The notes below the pieces were generated by a model, which was given only the letters and a program-made list of their open reading frames with translations, searched no databases and was not told the DNA's origin. Source: Mytilus edulis (taxonomy: Eukaryota). Taken from it: a DNA stretch of 64,000 bases. Shown one piece after another: positions 24,133 to 39,100 of the stretch. Position numbers and translations under genes: made by a program. Position 1 is the first letter of the stretch. Every line of letters starts with the position of its first letter. The stretch covers positions 106,268,001-106,332,000 of the forward strand of contig NC_092346.1 in NCBI RefSeq assembly GCF_963676685.1. Reading direction: 5' to 3'.

Positions 24133-27100
24133 CTGCAAAATAATGTTGTGCCATTAATGAAAGAACAATTATTTTACTGTAACACAAATATTTGTTGTAG
24201 TATTGTTAATTCAATTTATTGGGAGGTTTTTATTTAAGCGAATAGTGCGACAGGTTGAGTATTGTAATGATTAGAACTAGCATTGTGATATCTTATGTAT
24301 ATATCTGTAAACAGCGTTTATTTAAATCACAATAATTAATCTTTAATTTTTGTTCATTCTTCATAATTGGAAATAATAAATGCACACATTAAATTCTGAA
24401 TTAGCAGTATATATTTTTTCGGCTATTTGTATTTATCGGTTAACAAAACTCACCTCTACTTGTCTGACTATATTAAACATTCTTGTGTAAACATTGGACT
24501 CACCTCTACTTGTCTGACTATATTGAGCATTCTTGTGTAATAACATTGGACTCACCTCTACTTGTCTGACTATATTAAGCATTCTTGTGTAAACATTGGA
24601 CTCATCTCTACTTGTCTGACTATATTAAGCATTCTTGTGTAAACATTGTACTCACCTCTACTTGTCTGACTATATTAAGCATCCTTGTGTAAACATTGGA
24701 CTCACCTCTACTTGTCTGACTATATTAAGCATTCTTGTGTAAACATTGGACTCACCTCTACTTGTCAGACTATATTAAGCATCCTTGTGTAAACATTGGA
24801 CTCATCTCTACTTGTCTGACTATATTAAGCATTCTTGTGTAAACATTGGACTCACCTCTACTTGTCTGACTATATTAAGCATTCTTGTGTAAACATTTGA
24901 CTCATCTCTACTTGTCTGACTATATTAAGCATCCTTGTGTAAACATTGGACTCACCTCTACTTGTCTGACTATATTAAGCATTCTTGTGTAAACATTGGA
25001 CTCACCTCTACTTGTCTGACTATATTAAGCATTCTTGTGTAAACATTGGACTCACCTCTACTTGTCTGACTATATTAAGCATTCTTGTGTAAACATTTGA
25101 CTCATCTCTACTTGTCTGACTATATTAAGCATCCTTGTGTAAACATTGGACTCACCTCTACTTGTCTGACTATATTAAGCATTCTTGTGTAAACATTGGA
25201 CTCATCTCTACTTGTCTGACTATATTAAGCATTCTTGTGTAAACATTGGACTCACCTCTACTTGTCTGACTATATTAAGCATTCTTGTGTAAACATTGTA
25301 CTCACCTCTACTTGTCTGACTATATTAAGCATTTTTGTGTAAACATTGGACTCATCTCTACTTGTCTGACTATATTGAGCATTCTTGTGTAAACATTGTA
25401 CTCACCTCTACTTGTCTGACTATATTAAGCATCCTTGTGTAAACATTGTACTCACCTCTACTTGTCTGACTATATTGAGCATTCTTGTGTAAACGTTTGA
25501 CTCACCTCTACTTGTCTGACTATATTAAGCATTCTTGTGTAAACATTGGACTCACCTCTACTTGTCTGACTATATTAAGCATTATTGTGTAAACATTTGA
25601 CTCACCTCTACTTGTCTAACTATATTGAGCATTCTTGTGTAAACATTGGACTCACCTCTACTTGTCTGACTATATTGAGCATTATTGTGTAAACATTTGA
25701 CTCACCTCTACTTGTCTAACTATATTGAGCATTCTTGTGTAAACGTTTGACTCACCTCTACTTGTCTGACTATATTAAGCATTCTTGTGTAAACGTTTGA
25801 CTCACCTCTACTTGCCTGACTATATTAAGCATTCTTGTGTAAACATTGGACTCACCTCTACTTGTCTGACTATATTAAGCATTCTTGTGTAAACATTGTA
25901 CTCACCTCTACTTGTCTGACTATATTAAGCATTCTTGTGTAAACATTTGACTCACCTCTACTTGTCTGACTATATTAAGCATTCTTGTGTAAACATTTGA
26001 CTCTGATGACACTGCCTCCTTTGTAAATGCTTCAGCCACAATACATACAATCTGTGGCAGGTTTACGTGGTTCTCTCCCAGTATCAATGGATGATTACTA
26101 AAATTATCATATAACAGTAATTCATGAAGTTTAAAAAGTTTTTCTATATAGGTATAGGAAGATGTGGTAGGAGTGCCAATGAGACAACTCTGCATCTAAA
26201 TAACAATTTATAAAGTAAACCATTATAGGTCAAGGAACAGCCTTCAACACAGAGCCTTGGCTCACACCCAACAACAAGCTATAAAGAGCCCAATTCTTAG
26301 CTGATCTCTTTCAATTGATGTTTCCTATTTTACCAGAAATGTGTACTGTAACTTACAACAGACTCTGATGAATGGCACCTTAATATATTTATCAGATTAT
26401 ACAGAGATTTCAAACCACATAAAAAGAAAATGTCTGACCTATCATAAAATAGCATCCAATATTTATATTCTGTATTATGAATCTAACATTTCTATCCAAT
26501 CTTAAATTTGATCATTTCTATCCAATATTATAAATCTTATATTTGATCATTTCTATTCTATACTTTATAACTATTCAACTTACATTTCAATAAGGTCACA
26601 GAGATAGTTGTATACTGGTTCTGCTTCATCTTCATCTTCCCAGACAGGTAACCAGGAGAGCCACATGGGTAAAACATCATTAACATTAATCTGACTATTG
26701 TTATGTTGACAAATCTTAGCTATGGCCGAGATAGCATTTTCTGTTGGGTTGGCATTCTCAGGGGACCGTGATTCAGGGTCCTGAATCATCTTTACCAACA
26801 GTGGCAAGGCCTCTACAAATACAATTACCTATGTAACTTGACTCAGGTTTATGAGGCAAAAACAATTATACATATAAGGTTAAGGTTACATCATTAAAAC
26901 AATTATACATATAAGGTTACATCATTAAAACAATTATACATATCAGGGGAAAAAATTAACGGTCGCCCAGTCGCCAATGGCGACCAGAAATTGACCTGGG
27001 CGATCTTTTTATTCAGTTGTGGTAGCCCAGGTGGCGAATGAAAAAAAAGTACTCTAGTGACGAGTAAAATCTACTCGTTGACAAATCAAAGTCGACACTC

Positions 27101-30100
27101 TCACTGGTACCCCTTGATCACAAACTGAACCGTAGATACGTCATCAAAATTTTATCGGGAACCAGTTGTTCAAATTCGGAAATCGTGCCGATATCGGTTT
27201 GCGTTTACAGTTTACATATCCGGATCCATATTTGAAGTAAACAAAAATGTGGAAACATATTCCTGGGGTTAAAGAACCCGAAGTCGCGAAAAGAAAATTG
27301 GACAAGGATTATCAAAAGGAATATGATTCTAAGAAAAGGGCTATTCAAATTTTCAAGAGATTAAAAATTATGTCTGTTCTGTTGTAATGTTTGATGTAGC
27401 TAATTCAAGTTAATAAAATCATACTGACATTGAATTCTTTACTTGTCTTAACAAGATATTTGTACACTTGGCATGAAGATTTACATTTGTAAATGATTTT
27501 TTTTTTATCAAATTTGATTGAAGTCAACTACAAAAACAAGAACAAAATTACATTTTCCCATGCATCCAAATCATCTCCAGGTATGCTCAGAATGCAGGAT
27601 TTTGAGTCTTAGAATTCAAAATTTTCTTGGGGGGGCATGCACCCAAACCCCCCTAGGTGGGCTTCACCGGTGATAGTGGGCTATTAACTTTTTGTCTGGG
27701 CTAATAGATTTTCAAGTCTAGTAGCCCAGCTGGCTACTAATCTAAAAAGTTAATTTTGACCCCTGCATATAAGGTTAAGGTTACATCATTAATTTGGGTA
27801 GGTAGGTTGATGTTTCCATTTAAATTCATTTACTCATTTTATTTTTGTAAAATAATTTGTGTTTGAGTTCTCCATTGGCCAAGTTTTCTAGTATATTTAA
27901 TTATTTCCTTTGGAGATTGGTTGGGGAAAAATGGTGACGAAGTGATTATTTCACCACACAAGTCACAAGTTTCTTAAAACAGCAGTCATATTCAAGAGTT
28001 CAGTTAATTTTTCAATTTACAATTGTGGTGACTTCAGACTGAAGTTGATTCCAATTAATACTTACACCTATGAGTGTAATTGTTTGAAAATCATGACAGT
28101 TGACAAACATACCCACTCTTACTTGCTTAAGAACGAATTCTAGTAAATGAATGAAAAAAAAGTGTGAGAATCAACTTTGATATATCAATACACATCTTGA
28201 CCAAATAACTTTTAAAAATTACAATTTTATTCAATGACACACCAGCATAAGATGCTAATAAAATACTTTCAAAATTCTTATCAACTAAGCAGATTGATGT
28301 ATGTTACATTTTCACAATAATTCATATATAGTAAAAGATTACAAATTTTGATTAACAATTGTATACCTAATGTAAAAGGGTTGTTTGACCTATCTTTTTT
28401 TCATTTAAGGACAAACAAAAGTCAAACTTCCTGACAGTTGATGATTAGAATGGTGCATTAAGTTCCTGCAAGTCATAGAAACACAAAATTAATTTCATGA
28501 CAGGACTTCAACTTACAACTTAGAAACCTCAAAAAAAAAAACAGATTGATCGCATAGATCCAGCATGGCTCAACCAAAAACAGTTTTTGGCAAGTGAAAT
28601 TGTGAAAGGCTAAAACCCTAATTTCAATCAGGTACATCGAAAAAATATTGCCAGCTTGTATAACTTTTAAACACTAGAAATGTTATAGTGCCATAATGAA
28701 TCCCTGTATTTTACCTGCACATGTTGCAGCATACACTTCTCCTCCAAACTTGGCCATTACACCAATACCATAAGCTGAAGCCTGTCTCAGTTCTGGCTGT
28801 TTGTCACTTAGAAAACTCATCATCTGGGCAAGGAAGTACTGGGTGTATTTTACAGAGTGCTGGCAAAACATAAGGAATTAATATAATCAAGTTTTACTAG
28901 ATTTAAAGATGAGGCCAAATAAAAATATATGTGTGGTTGCAGTAACCCTACCGTCCCTACTTTTTGGCTTAAAAATAGCCTACCCTAAAGATTTTATTGT
29001 CATTTTTTCACTAAGCACTATTAAAGTCAGAATGTTGCTCTCATAGACTCAAATGTAAAAAAAAACATAAAATAAAAAAAAATCCCTACCTACCTAACCT
29101 AACTTTTTTTCAGATGTAATTGGAACCACACATACTTTTTTATTTGGCCTGAGTGAAATTGAAAAAGTAAAGATATCAAAAAATGGTTAGAATATAAAAA
29201 AAACATTGCTTCTTGTATTTATATTTATAATGAGTATATCTTATCAAGATAGAATATATCAAACCCTTAGACTAGTGCAGACCCCCTTTCAAGAGGTAAA
29301 CTCTTCATTTGAAATCAGACCCCTTATTGTCAGTAACGATACATATATAGACCCTCAAATCTGCACATATGGTCATTTTAGGCATGAAAAATGTTTAAAT
29401 GAGTGTTTTTCAGTGTGTATTCATGCACAATTACTACTGAGACTGCAGTGTTTGGGGAAAAAGTGGTCTTTTTGAGAATAATTTCAAGCCATTTTTTTTT
29501 CAAATTGGGATTTTTTTCCAGGGGAAAATGCCTTTATTCTCCAGTAATTTAAGGCAAACAATATCTCTGACTAGTCAACAAAGCAAGGAACTTTAGGAAC
29601 CTGGTGATCAGGGGTTCATCTGTAGATGTGGTTCATAAGAGTTATTCGTTTTTTTATGTAGTTTAGGCTGTTGGTTTTTCTGTCACTAGTCATTTTAGAC
29701 CCTTTATAGATTGCTGTTCTGTGTGAGCCAAGGCTCTGTACTTTCACCTATAATGGTTTTATTTACAAATTGGTGGTCTCTCTGGCACTCATACCACATC
29801 TTCTATCTATAAAATGCTGATAAATGATGGCAGTTTAATGTCCGCTGGTGAATAAAATGCATACTCAGCACAAAAACATATTGATACCATATTAATTTGA
29901 ATCTACTTTGTAATAAACTGACTTGACAACCATACCACAATTTCTTTTTTATAACCTTCCTCTATAAAGGCAAGCAAGCTACAAAGAGACCTCCAAGACA
30001 GTGCTTCAGGCTTGCACAAAAAATATTCAACCATAAAAATGGTCTGTATTTTCAGTATCTACTTGGACTAGATGCTATTTCATGGAATGAAAAAGAAGCC

Positions 30101-33100
30101 TGTATTACTTAATATATATTTTTTTTGAAAGTGGCATCTTTTACAGAAATAAAACATTAAATTGATCTTAAAACAAATATAACTTACTGGTCCACAATGT
30201 TCTATAACATCATCCCATATACACAGTCCCCACTGTTTATCTGACCACACTTGATCTGGGCCCTAAAATAAAAATAAATATCTCATCATTTAATTAACAC
30301 AGCCCCTTTTGTTTATCTTACAAAAGCTGATCTGTCCAAGACACTGAAATACAATAATTATCTTTCTTAAGATTCATTTATAGCAATTGGATTGGCTTAT
30401 ATAGTCCTTATAAATTTCAGAACAAATTTTCCTAAAGTCAATTCAAATTATCTCCCTTTTCCATTTACAATATAAAATACAGAAGAATTTTTTTAATCAA
30501 TTCTTTTTTCTTGTGAATGTTTTCTGTAATAAAACTAACAAATGGAAGAATTATTGGTGCTGTGAACCAAAAAACAAAATCAGGATAAATTTGTTACACA
30601 GTGTGCAATTGTCCTACTTAAAAAGGGGGAATAACTCTAGAAAGGTAAATGACCCACTGCCCAAATTCTGTATGTTCTGGTTCTTAGCATTGTGTATAAG
30701 GTTCATAAAGTTTGCAAGAGGAAAACTTGTGTGTTGAATTAAAAATGGGACTTACAGTCAAGGGTAACACTAATGCCCCTTCACCTAGCAGCAGGGGCAT
30801 AAAAAGACTAAACCAAATGTGCTTCATCTGAAGTATGTATTCGATTTTAACAAAAGAAATCTGTGTATTACTGAAAAATATTACACCAGGGTTATCTATA
30901 TCACATACCAGTCAAAACATTTACTAATTTTTATCATTGGTAAAAGAACATCATTCATAAATATAAATCAATTTGCAGACATCTTATATGTTCAGGTATT
31001 TCACATCCAATCTTTTATGGTAATATTTTTCACAAAGCACAAAAATGTCAGCATTCACCCCAAAAGCTAACTAAACCTTTAAACAGACTTATTAAGAAGG
31101 GGTATAGTTACTATATTGTTGTCAGGTCATTGAAAATGGGATATTTTGGTACTAATATTGATTTACTCATATATAGGGTCTTTGAACCAGAAAAAAAAAA
31201 TGTCTATTCTAAATACATTTGTTGGCTTGATATAGGTTTAATATGTTTTCATATATTTTATGATTGATTGATTGTTGGTTGCTTACAGCCAGTGGCAAAT
31301 ATTTCATGCATGTTCAGGACGATATATTTTATGATGGTAATATACTAAAGATGGGTATGATACTAAACCCATAACAGGAGGGTTTGTGCTTGATTTGCAT
31401 ATGATGACAACATAATCTTTTAATCAGTTTAATTGAGGTCTGGATCTAGCAGGTAAGAAGCTGTTTAGGGGATAGCTGAAACACGCCTGTAGGTGTGGGA
31501 TTTTCTGGCTGTGTTGAAGACCCTTCAGTTGTTATCAATCTATTGTTGGGTTGTTGTCTCTTTTGACACACTTCCCATTTCCATTCTCAATTTCATCATG
31601 TCATATTACCAGAAATTAACAATGATTGAAATCTAACATTTCTAATAGACACTTACAATTAACTTAACAAAGAATGGTAGCAGTTGTTCAAACAGGGGCA
31701 GGAATTCTTCATGATGAGTACCAAATATAGAATGTAATATGTCTGATACTTTACTCAGTATGTAGGTGTCTGCATCATCCTGGAAAAATAAAGTACAGAT
31801 AAACAATTCTACATTTAAAGAATTCAAAGGTTAACATATCTCTGCATCAAAAGTAAAATACAACTAAGTGCTAGTACAAAATAATTCTTCTTCAGATATA
31901 AATAATATCTATAACAACGGAGAACCCATTAAGCTTAATGAAACAGAGGAAATTTTACTAATTCTTATAAGACTAAATATCTTGCATTCTTATGATTTGT
32001 CACCTTGTTGTCTTTTCAACATAATTTAATATACTGTAGTATACACACAATGGTCTCATTAAACATTATTAATATTAAGTGAAAAATCTACGGAAAAGTT
32101 ACATGCAACATCCACATAAAGTCAACTTTTATAAAGAAAGCTACAGGCATCTTTTATGATTACAAATTGTATTAAAACATGGATTTGTAAAATTATCGAA
32201 AAATAAAACATCATTCATTCATTTTTAATGGTGTGAATGAAGTTCAGCATTCTCATTACAGTATAAGGTTGATTCAAACCCGTACTTTTTAATGATCCAG
32301 TATGGACTAAAAATGTCATTTTAAAACTATATACAAATTAAGGATACATCTACAAAATAATCACATATTGGAAACTTTAATCGGTTTCTTAAATAAACAA
32401 AGGTGAAAAAAAATGTCAAAATAAGTACAATTTGGGTACCCATACATCATACAAAACTCACAAACTTTATTAATCAAAGAGCTGAAAGCTCTGAGGAAAA
32501 ATTACGCCACTGCCTCTAATATTGGGATATTTTTTATGCAAGTCTTGATTTTCACATACCGTAATAAGTTGAACATTGCAACATGTCTCGTAAGCATATA
32601 GTTGATATTCGTATATGAGTGTGTGAAGTGAAGATGACAACTGACTGGTTTTTTTTAATACAAATGAATAGGTCAAGAGTCAAGACTACCTAAATGATCT
32701 ACAGTATCCAATGACTACTGGCATGTTTTTTTTTTGTACAAATAAATAGGTCAAGACTACCTGAATGATCTACAGTATCCAATGACTACTGTCTGTTTTT
32801 TTTTGTACAGATAAATAGGTCAAGAATACTGGAATGATATACAATATCCAATGATTACTAGAGGGACGAAAGATACCAAAGGGACAGTCAAATCTCAAAC
32901 AAACTGACAACGCCATGGCTAAGAATGAAAAAGACAAAAAACAACAGCACACACGACACAACATAGAAAACTAAAGAATAAACAACACGAACCCCACCAA
33001 AAAACTAGGGGTGATCTCAGGTGCTCCGGAAGGGTAAGCAGATCCTGCTCCACATGCGGCACCCGTCGTGTTGCTTATGTGATAACAAATCCGGTAAATA

Positions 33101-36100
33101 GTCTAATTCGGTAGGTCACATTCAGAAAAGGGAAGGGGATTGTAGTTACGACGTAAGGAACATATCCGATATCATTTGTGATACGGTTATTCCATAACGG
33201 TCAACCAACTCGTGATGGCGTCCGTAAAATTTACGAAGGGATGATTTCAACTTCACCATTTGGAACTCTTGGTTTAATAGCTTCTTTGTGAGCAGCAACC
33301 CTCTATCAAGAAAATCATGATAGGAAATGCAAGCACGGGAATATCGTATCAATTGGGAGATATATACCCCGTATGCAGGTGCTGCTGGAATGTTGCTACT
33401 TAGAATTGGAAAGTTCACAATTGGAAAGCTGAAATCATCTCTTTTGTCGTAAAGTTTTGTTTTCAACCGACCCTCATTGTCAATTTCTAGATGTAAGTCA
33501 AGATATGAGGCCGACTTAACTGTATCTGTAGTATCCTTTATCTCTAGCTCGATTGGATAGATGCGTTCCACATAGTCACCAAATTTTGAATTATTTAGTG
33601 AAAGAACATCATCTATATAGCGAAAAGTAGAGTTAAAGGATAGTGCTAACTTCTTATCTTTCTTCCTAAGAAGTTCCTGCTTCATTTTTTATTTAGCTGT
33701 TCTTTTGTACTAATAAATAAGTCAAGAATACTGGAATGATATACAATATCCAATGATTACTAGCTGTTTTGCTTCATTTTTTATTTAGCTGTTCTTTTGT
33801 ACTAATAAATAAGTCAAGAATACTGGAATGATATACAATATCCAATGCTTACTAGCTGTTCTTTTGTACTAATAAATAGGTCAAGAATACTGGAATGATA
33901 TACAATATCCAATGATTACTAGCTGTTCTTTTGTACTAATAAATAGGTCAAGACTATTTATATGATCTACAATATCCAATGACTACTGGCTGTTCTTTTG
34001 TATGTACTAAATAAAGACTATACCTGAATGATCTAAAGTATTCTAATTAATGCGTTTTTTTTTTCTTGCAATTACATTTTTCTAATTCAAGAATACAGAC
34101 TACTAGTATCCTTTCAAACCAAATGATTATGAAGAGCCTGTTGTAATAAGCTTTTATACCCCACTAGTCCTATAAACATATGACTTCGCATTCTTATTCA
34201 ATTTTTAACGTTTTTATACTGACATTTTCATTTTTTTTTTAATTTTTGAATGCGAAGTGTGACACATTGATAGTAAAAAAATAAATTATCAGTAAATAGA
34301 AATAGTAAATAATGCTCCTGAGGTCATATGTTATAGGACTAATTACCCACATACTCATTAAATAAGTTACTAGTGACATACACAAATGTAGTTATTTCTG
34401 TTACTTGAAGCAAATGCTATTTCTTTAGATTTACACAATATTGTTATACTTGTTTTATTTCACATTGAAGATTAGACAAATAGGGATACTCCTTTGATTT
34501 TTTTTATTTCATGTCAGTCAGGTCCCTTTATATGAAACTTGAAACCACATCTCTGCCATATTGATATTTTATAACAACTCTGCCCATGACCCATATAATT
34601 TGATATTCATTCTTTAACCATATATTATAGTAAGCTAGTTTTCTTTTATTTTACACTAATCCACAATCTTTCATGTTAAATTTTGTCTCCATTTAAGTTT
34701 ATGCCATTGAACCATCATGGTATTAAACACAATCCCAAGTAATTATGCTGTTATAGTGGGTCACCATATATTCAACACGGGTGGCATTCCAGTTATTGAA
34801 ATTTGTGTCAGATTGGATAATGAACTAGACCTTTAGGAATTGATCTCATAATTTAATATGGAGCCATCGTATGCGACCCCTACCCGGTAACAAAAATAAA
34901 CATGTCAAGCGGCAATATTTATCACCAGAGATTACAAGTCAAAAGAGGATGGATAAGTCTCCAAAATGTTGCCAAACTGGAACTACAACTTGAAGATCTC
35001 CAGACAAGGACGAACAAAACGTTCAAGCAAAAGTTAGTATTTATGTACAAAGAAGTTGAGGGGCTGATTCACGCTATTGAACCAGACGAATTCCCCTTAA
35101 AAGCATGTCCGAAGAGAACCATAACTGCCGAGATATTCAAAGAATACCACGAAACAATTATTGTGGAAAAGCAAGTAAAGAATAACTCTTACTGTGAGTG
35201 TATTGACATTCCGCCAAGTAAAACACCGTACAATATTCAAACTCACTTTAGGGCCTTAATAATATGGTACAAGTCAAATCGGCACCTGGTTAAATCGACA
35301 TCTAGTCAAATCGGCACTTCTTTAAAGTCAATTAGGCATTCAATAATAAATATAAATAATTCAACCTTTAAAAATGTGAATAAACATGATAAAATGAGGT
35401 TAATATTTCTGGCCAACCCCTTCCTTATCTACCTTTTCTTGGATAAATACACAGGCACTTGTTTTCTATCCATGGGAAGATCTACTATCCCTATTTATAT
35501 GGATAGCCACCTTCCTATGGATAGAAACAAGTGCCTGTGGGTAAATACTGTAAAATTTCTGGACAACACATTGCTTATTTTTACTGTTTTTGCTTAAAAT
35601 ACTGTTAAAATATATATTAAACAAATCTAACATGGATGCCGAATTGACTATATCAAGTGCCGATTTAACCAGGTGCCAATTTCATTTGACTAGATGCCGA
35701 TTTGACTATACCGGGTGCCGAATTGACCAGGTGCCGATTTAACCAACTGAAGTGCCGATTTGACTAGAATTCCGTAAGACAGTGATCGCGCCGATCAGGA
35801 CGAACGATCCGACCCCACCAATAAAACCGTTGTATTAAAGCCAGCATCGATATCGACAATTTATGCACATGTCAATGCACATGTCATACAGATACAGTCT
35901 GTTACAGACTCTACTGTTGTAACTTTGTAAACAAAAATTGAGTCGATGTCCGGTACTTCGATCTGTCTTATAACCAATAGAAAGTGGACCAACACGGACA
36001 CATTATATTTTCTTATAAAAAAGGCAGTGGTTTGTATGAAGAAAAGACTTTCAAGTTTTCCCCCGATTAATTTTAGATTTTTAATGTTTTAATAATGTTT

Positions 36101-39100
36101 TAGTTTTACTTCACATAATCAATAAGGTTATAAAAATAGATTTATGAGTATCTTTACAACATTGGTTGTTACACTTCGATCTTTTTGGTAATAAGAAGGA
36201 CCGGAGGTATGTAAACTGGTTCCCGGTTGATTACTACACAAAAATCATAATAAAAGCAAATTCCAGTTTAAATGTAAAACAGTAAATACGAAACCAAGAG
36301 CGGTAGACGGAGAAATGTAATGGAAAGTAAATACGAACCAAGCCGGTAGTCAGAGAAATGTAATGGAAGTTCAGTTCACTAGTATAGAAACATGCCGCTG
36401 AAAGCGTCATTTTTCAATAAAACTGCATGCTGAGGCATAAATTAAAATATTGAGCCTTTGATCTCCTTGACTGAACCATGAAAAAATGTTTTCACTTGTA
36501 ATATTTCATACATATTTAAAATGAGACTTTTGAATTTTGAAGCAAATGAGCATGCAAGAACTGTCTTGTACAAAATAAAGACTGTCTAAATTAAAATCGA
36601 CAACATTTGACAAATTTAGGTGGAAATGCATAGAACCAATTTCATTGAGTATGTAAATAAAGGTAATATCTTTGGTTAGCTTGCTTGTTTGCTAGCTGAA
36701 CCGTGAAGTCATTGTTAGGTAAGGTATCCTACCCTCCTTTCAAACCCTAGTCCTACAGACAGATAGATTGCTTGTCTGCTGGACTAGTCTACTCTTAAAG
36801 GAGGGTAGTTTACCTAACCTAACAATGACTTCACGGTTCAGCTAGCAAGCAAGCTAGTCTAACAATGACTTCACGGTTCAGCTAGAAAGCAAGCTAACCA
36901 AAGATATATGACCTTTAGCTTCATACTCGGCTGTAAATGTAGACAGATTATTGTCATATTTCTTTGCTGTGTTTACATACAAAAATACAAATAATTCTGA
37001 TTGTGAAATTAGACTTGACACCTGACAGTGATCAGGGATAGAACACTGATCTAAAGATTGACACCTGACAGTGATCAGGGATAGAACACTGATCTAAGAG
37101 TTGACACCTGACAGTGATCAGGGATAGAACACTGATCTAAGACTTGACACCTGACAGTGATCAGGGATAGAACACTGATCTAAGACTTGACACGTCACAC
37201 TGATCAGGGATAGAACACTGATCTAAGACTTGACACGTCACAGTGATCAGGGATAGAACACTGATCCTTACTCTGAACGTTGATGATAGTTACCTCCTCT
37301 AATAAGTCTTCCTCTAAATCCTCATCATAATCCTCATCTTTCCTCTTTTCTGAAAACATAAATCACTGGATTAAAGATGGATTATTATCATCAACACCTC
37401 TTTCTATTGACATTTATATTTGTAGAATTTATTTACTAAGCAATTTTTCTGTATGATTCTTAACCAATCACTGAAATAAACTATTGATCAACATCAACTA
37501 CGCCTATTTCGAACTCTCTCAACCAGTAATGGTTTCAAAGATAAATATAACAAGGCTCACCATGTCTTTCTTCCTGCTTTTTGAAATGAGTCTGCAGTTG
37601 TTTTTCCAGCAAAGACATAACTAAGTTCATATTCTCTTGGGATAAACACCCTTTTCCCAACTTTTCTATGCACTGAAACACAAGAATTTACTATTAGTAA
37701 ACATCCAAGTGTTGAGTATAAATGAAACCAAAGCATGAATCTACACGTGTTTTCTACACTACCTATGATGTGTACAAGAATATATTTGTTTATAAAATGA
37801 AAATACTTTATTCGACTTGAAACTGCAATTCACTATTTGTAAAAGTAAAACAAGAATGTGTCCAAAGTACACGGATGCCCCACTCGCACTATCATTTTCC
37901 ATGTTCAATGGACCATGACATTGGATAAAAAATATAATTAGGCATTAAAATTAGAAAGATAATATCATAGGGAACATGTGTACTAAGTTACAAGTTGATT
38001 GGACTTCAACTTCATCAAAAACTACCTTGACCAAAAACTTTAACCTGAAACATGCACTTTCATTTTCTATGTTCAGTGGACCGTGAAATTGGGGTCAAAA
38101 GTTTAATTTGGCTTTAAAATTAGAAAGATCATATCATAAGGAACATGTGTACTAAGTATCAAGTTGATTGGACTTCAACTTCATCAAAAACTACCTTGAC
38201 CAAAAACTTTAACCTGAAACATGCACTTTCATTTTCTATGTTCAGTGGACCGTGAAATTGGGGTCAAAAGTTTAATTTGGCTTTAAAATTAGAAAGATCA
38301 TATCATAAGGAACATGTGTACTAAGTTTCAAGTTGATTGGACTTCAACTTCATCAAAAACTACCTTGACCAAAAACTTTAACCTGAAACATGCACTTTCA
38401 TTTTCTATGTTCAGTGGACCGTGAAATTGGGGTCAAAAATTTAATTTGGCTTTAAAATTAGAAAGATCATATCATAAGGAACATGTGTACTAAGTTTCAA
38501 GTTGATTGGACTTCAACTTCATCAAAAACTACCTTGACCAAAAACTTTAACCTGAAGCGGGACAGACGGACGAACGAACAGACGGACGAACGAACAGACA
38601 GACGAACGGACGCACAGACCAGACTATCGTAGGTGGGGCATAAAAACAAGAATGTGTCCAAAGTACAAGGATGCCCCACTCGCATTATCATTTTCAATGT
38701 TCAATGGACTGTGAAATTGGGTAAAAAATCTAATTTGGCCTTAAAAGTAAAAAGATCAACTAATAAGGAACATGTGTACTAAGTTTCAAGTTGATTGGAC
38801 TTTAACTTCATCAAAAACTACCTTGACCTAAAACTTTAACCTGAAACTCACACTTTTAATTTTTATGTTCAGTGGACCATGAAAATAGGGTCAAAAGTCT
38901 AATTTGGTTTAAAAATATGAAAGATCATATCATAAGAAACATTTGTACTAAGTTTCAAGTTGATTGGACTTCAGCTTCATCAAAAACTACCTTGACCAAA
39001 AACTTTAACCTGAAACTGCCACTTTTAATTTTTATGTTCAGTGGACCATGAAAATGGTGTCAGAAGTCTAATTTTGTTTTAAAATAAGAAAGATCATATC

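Noticed and set aside
24449-26003. CRISPR-like interpretation of this and other regular arrays
   Set aside because: No unique spacers, no cas genes, eukaryotic context; units are head-to-tail copies
34902-35597. 231-aa ORF as a gene
   Set aside because: Chimera of a decayed LINE-like fragment and a foldback MITE
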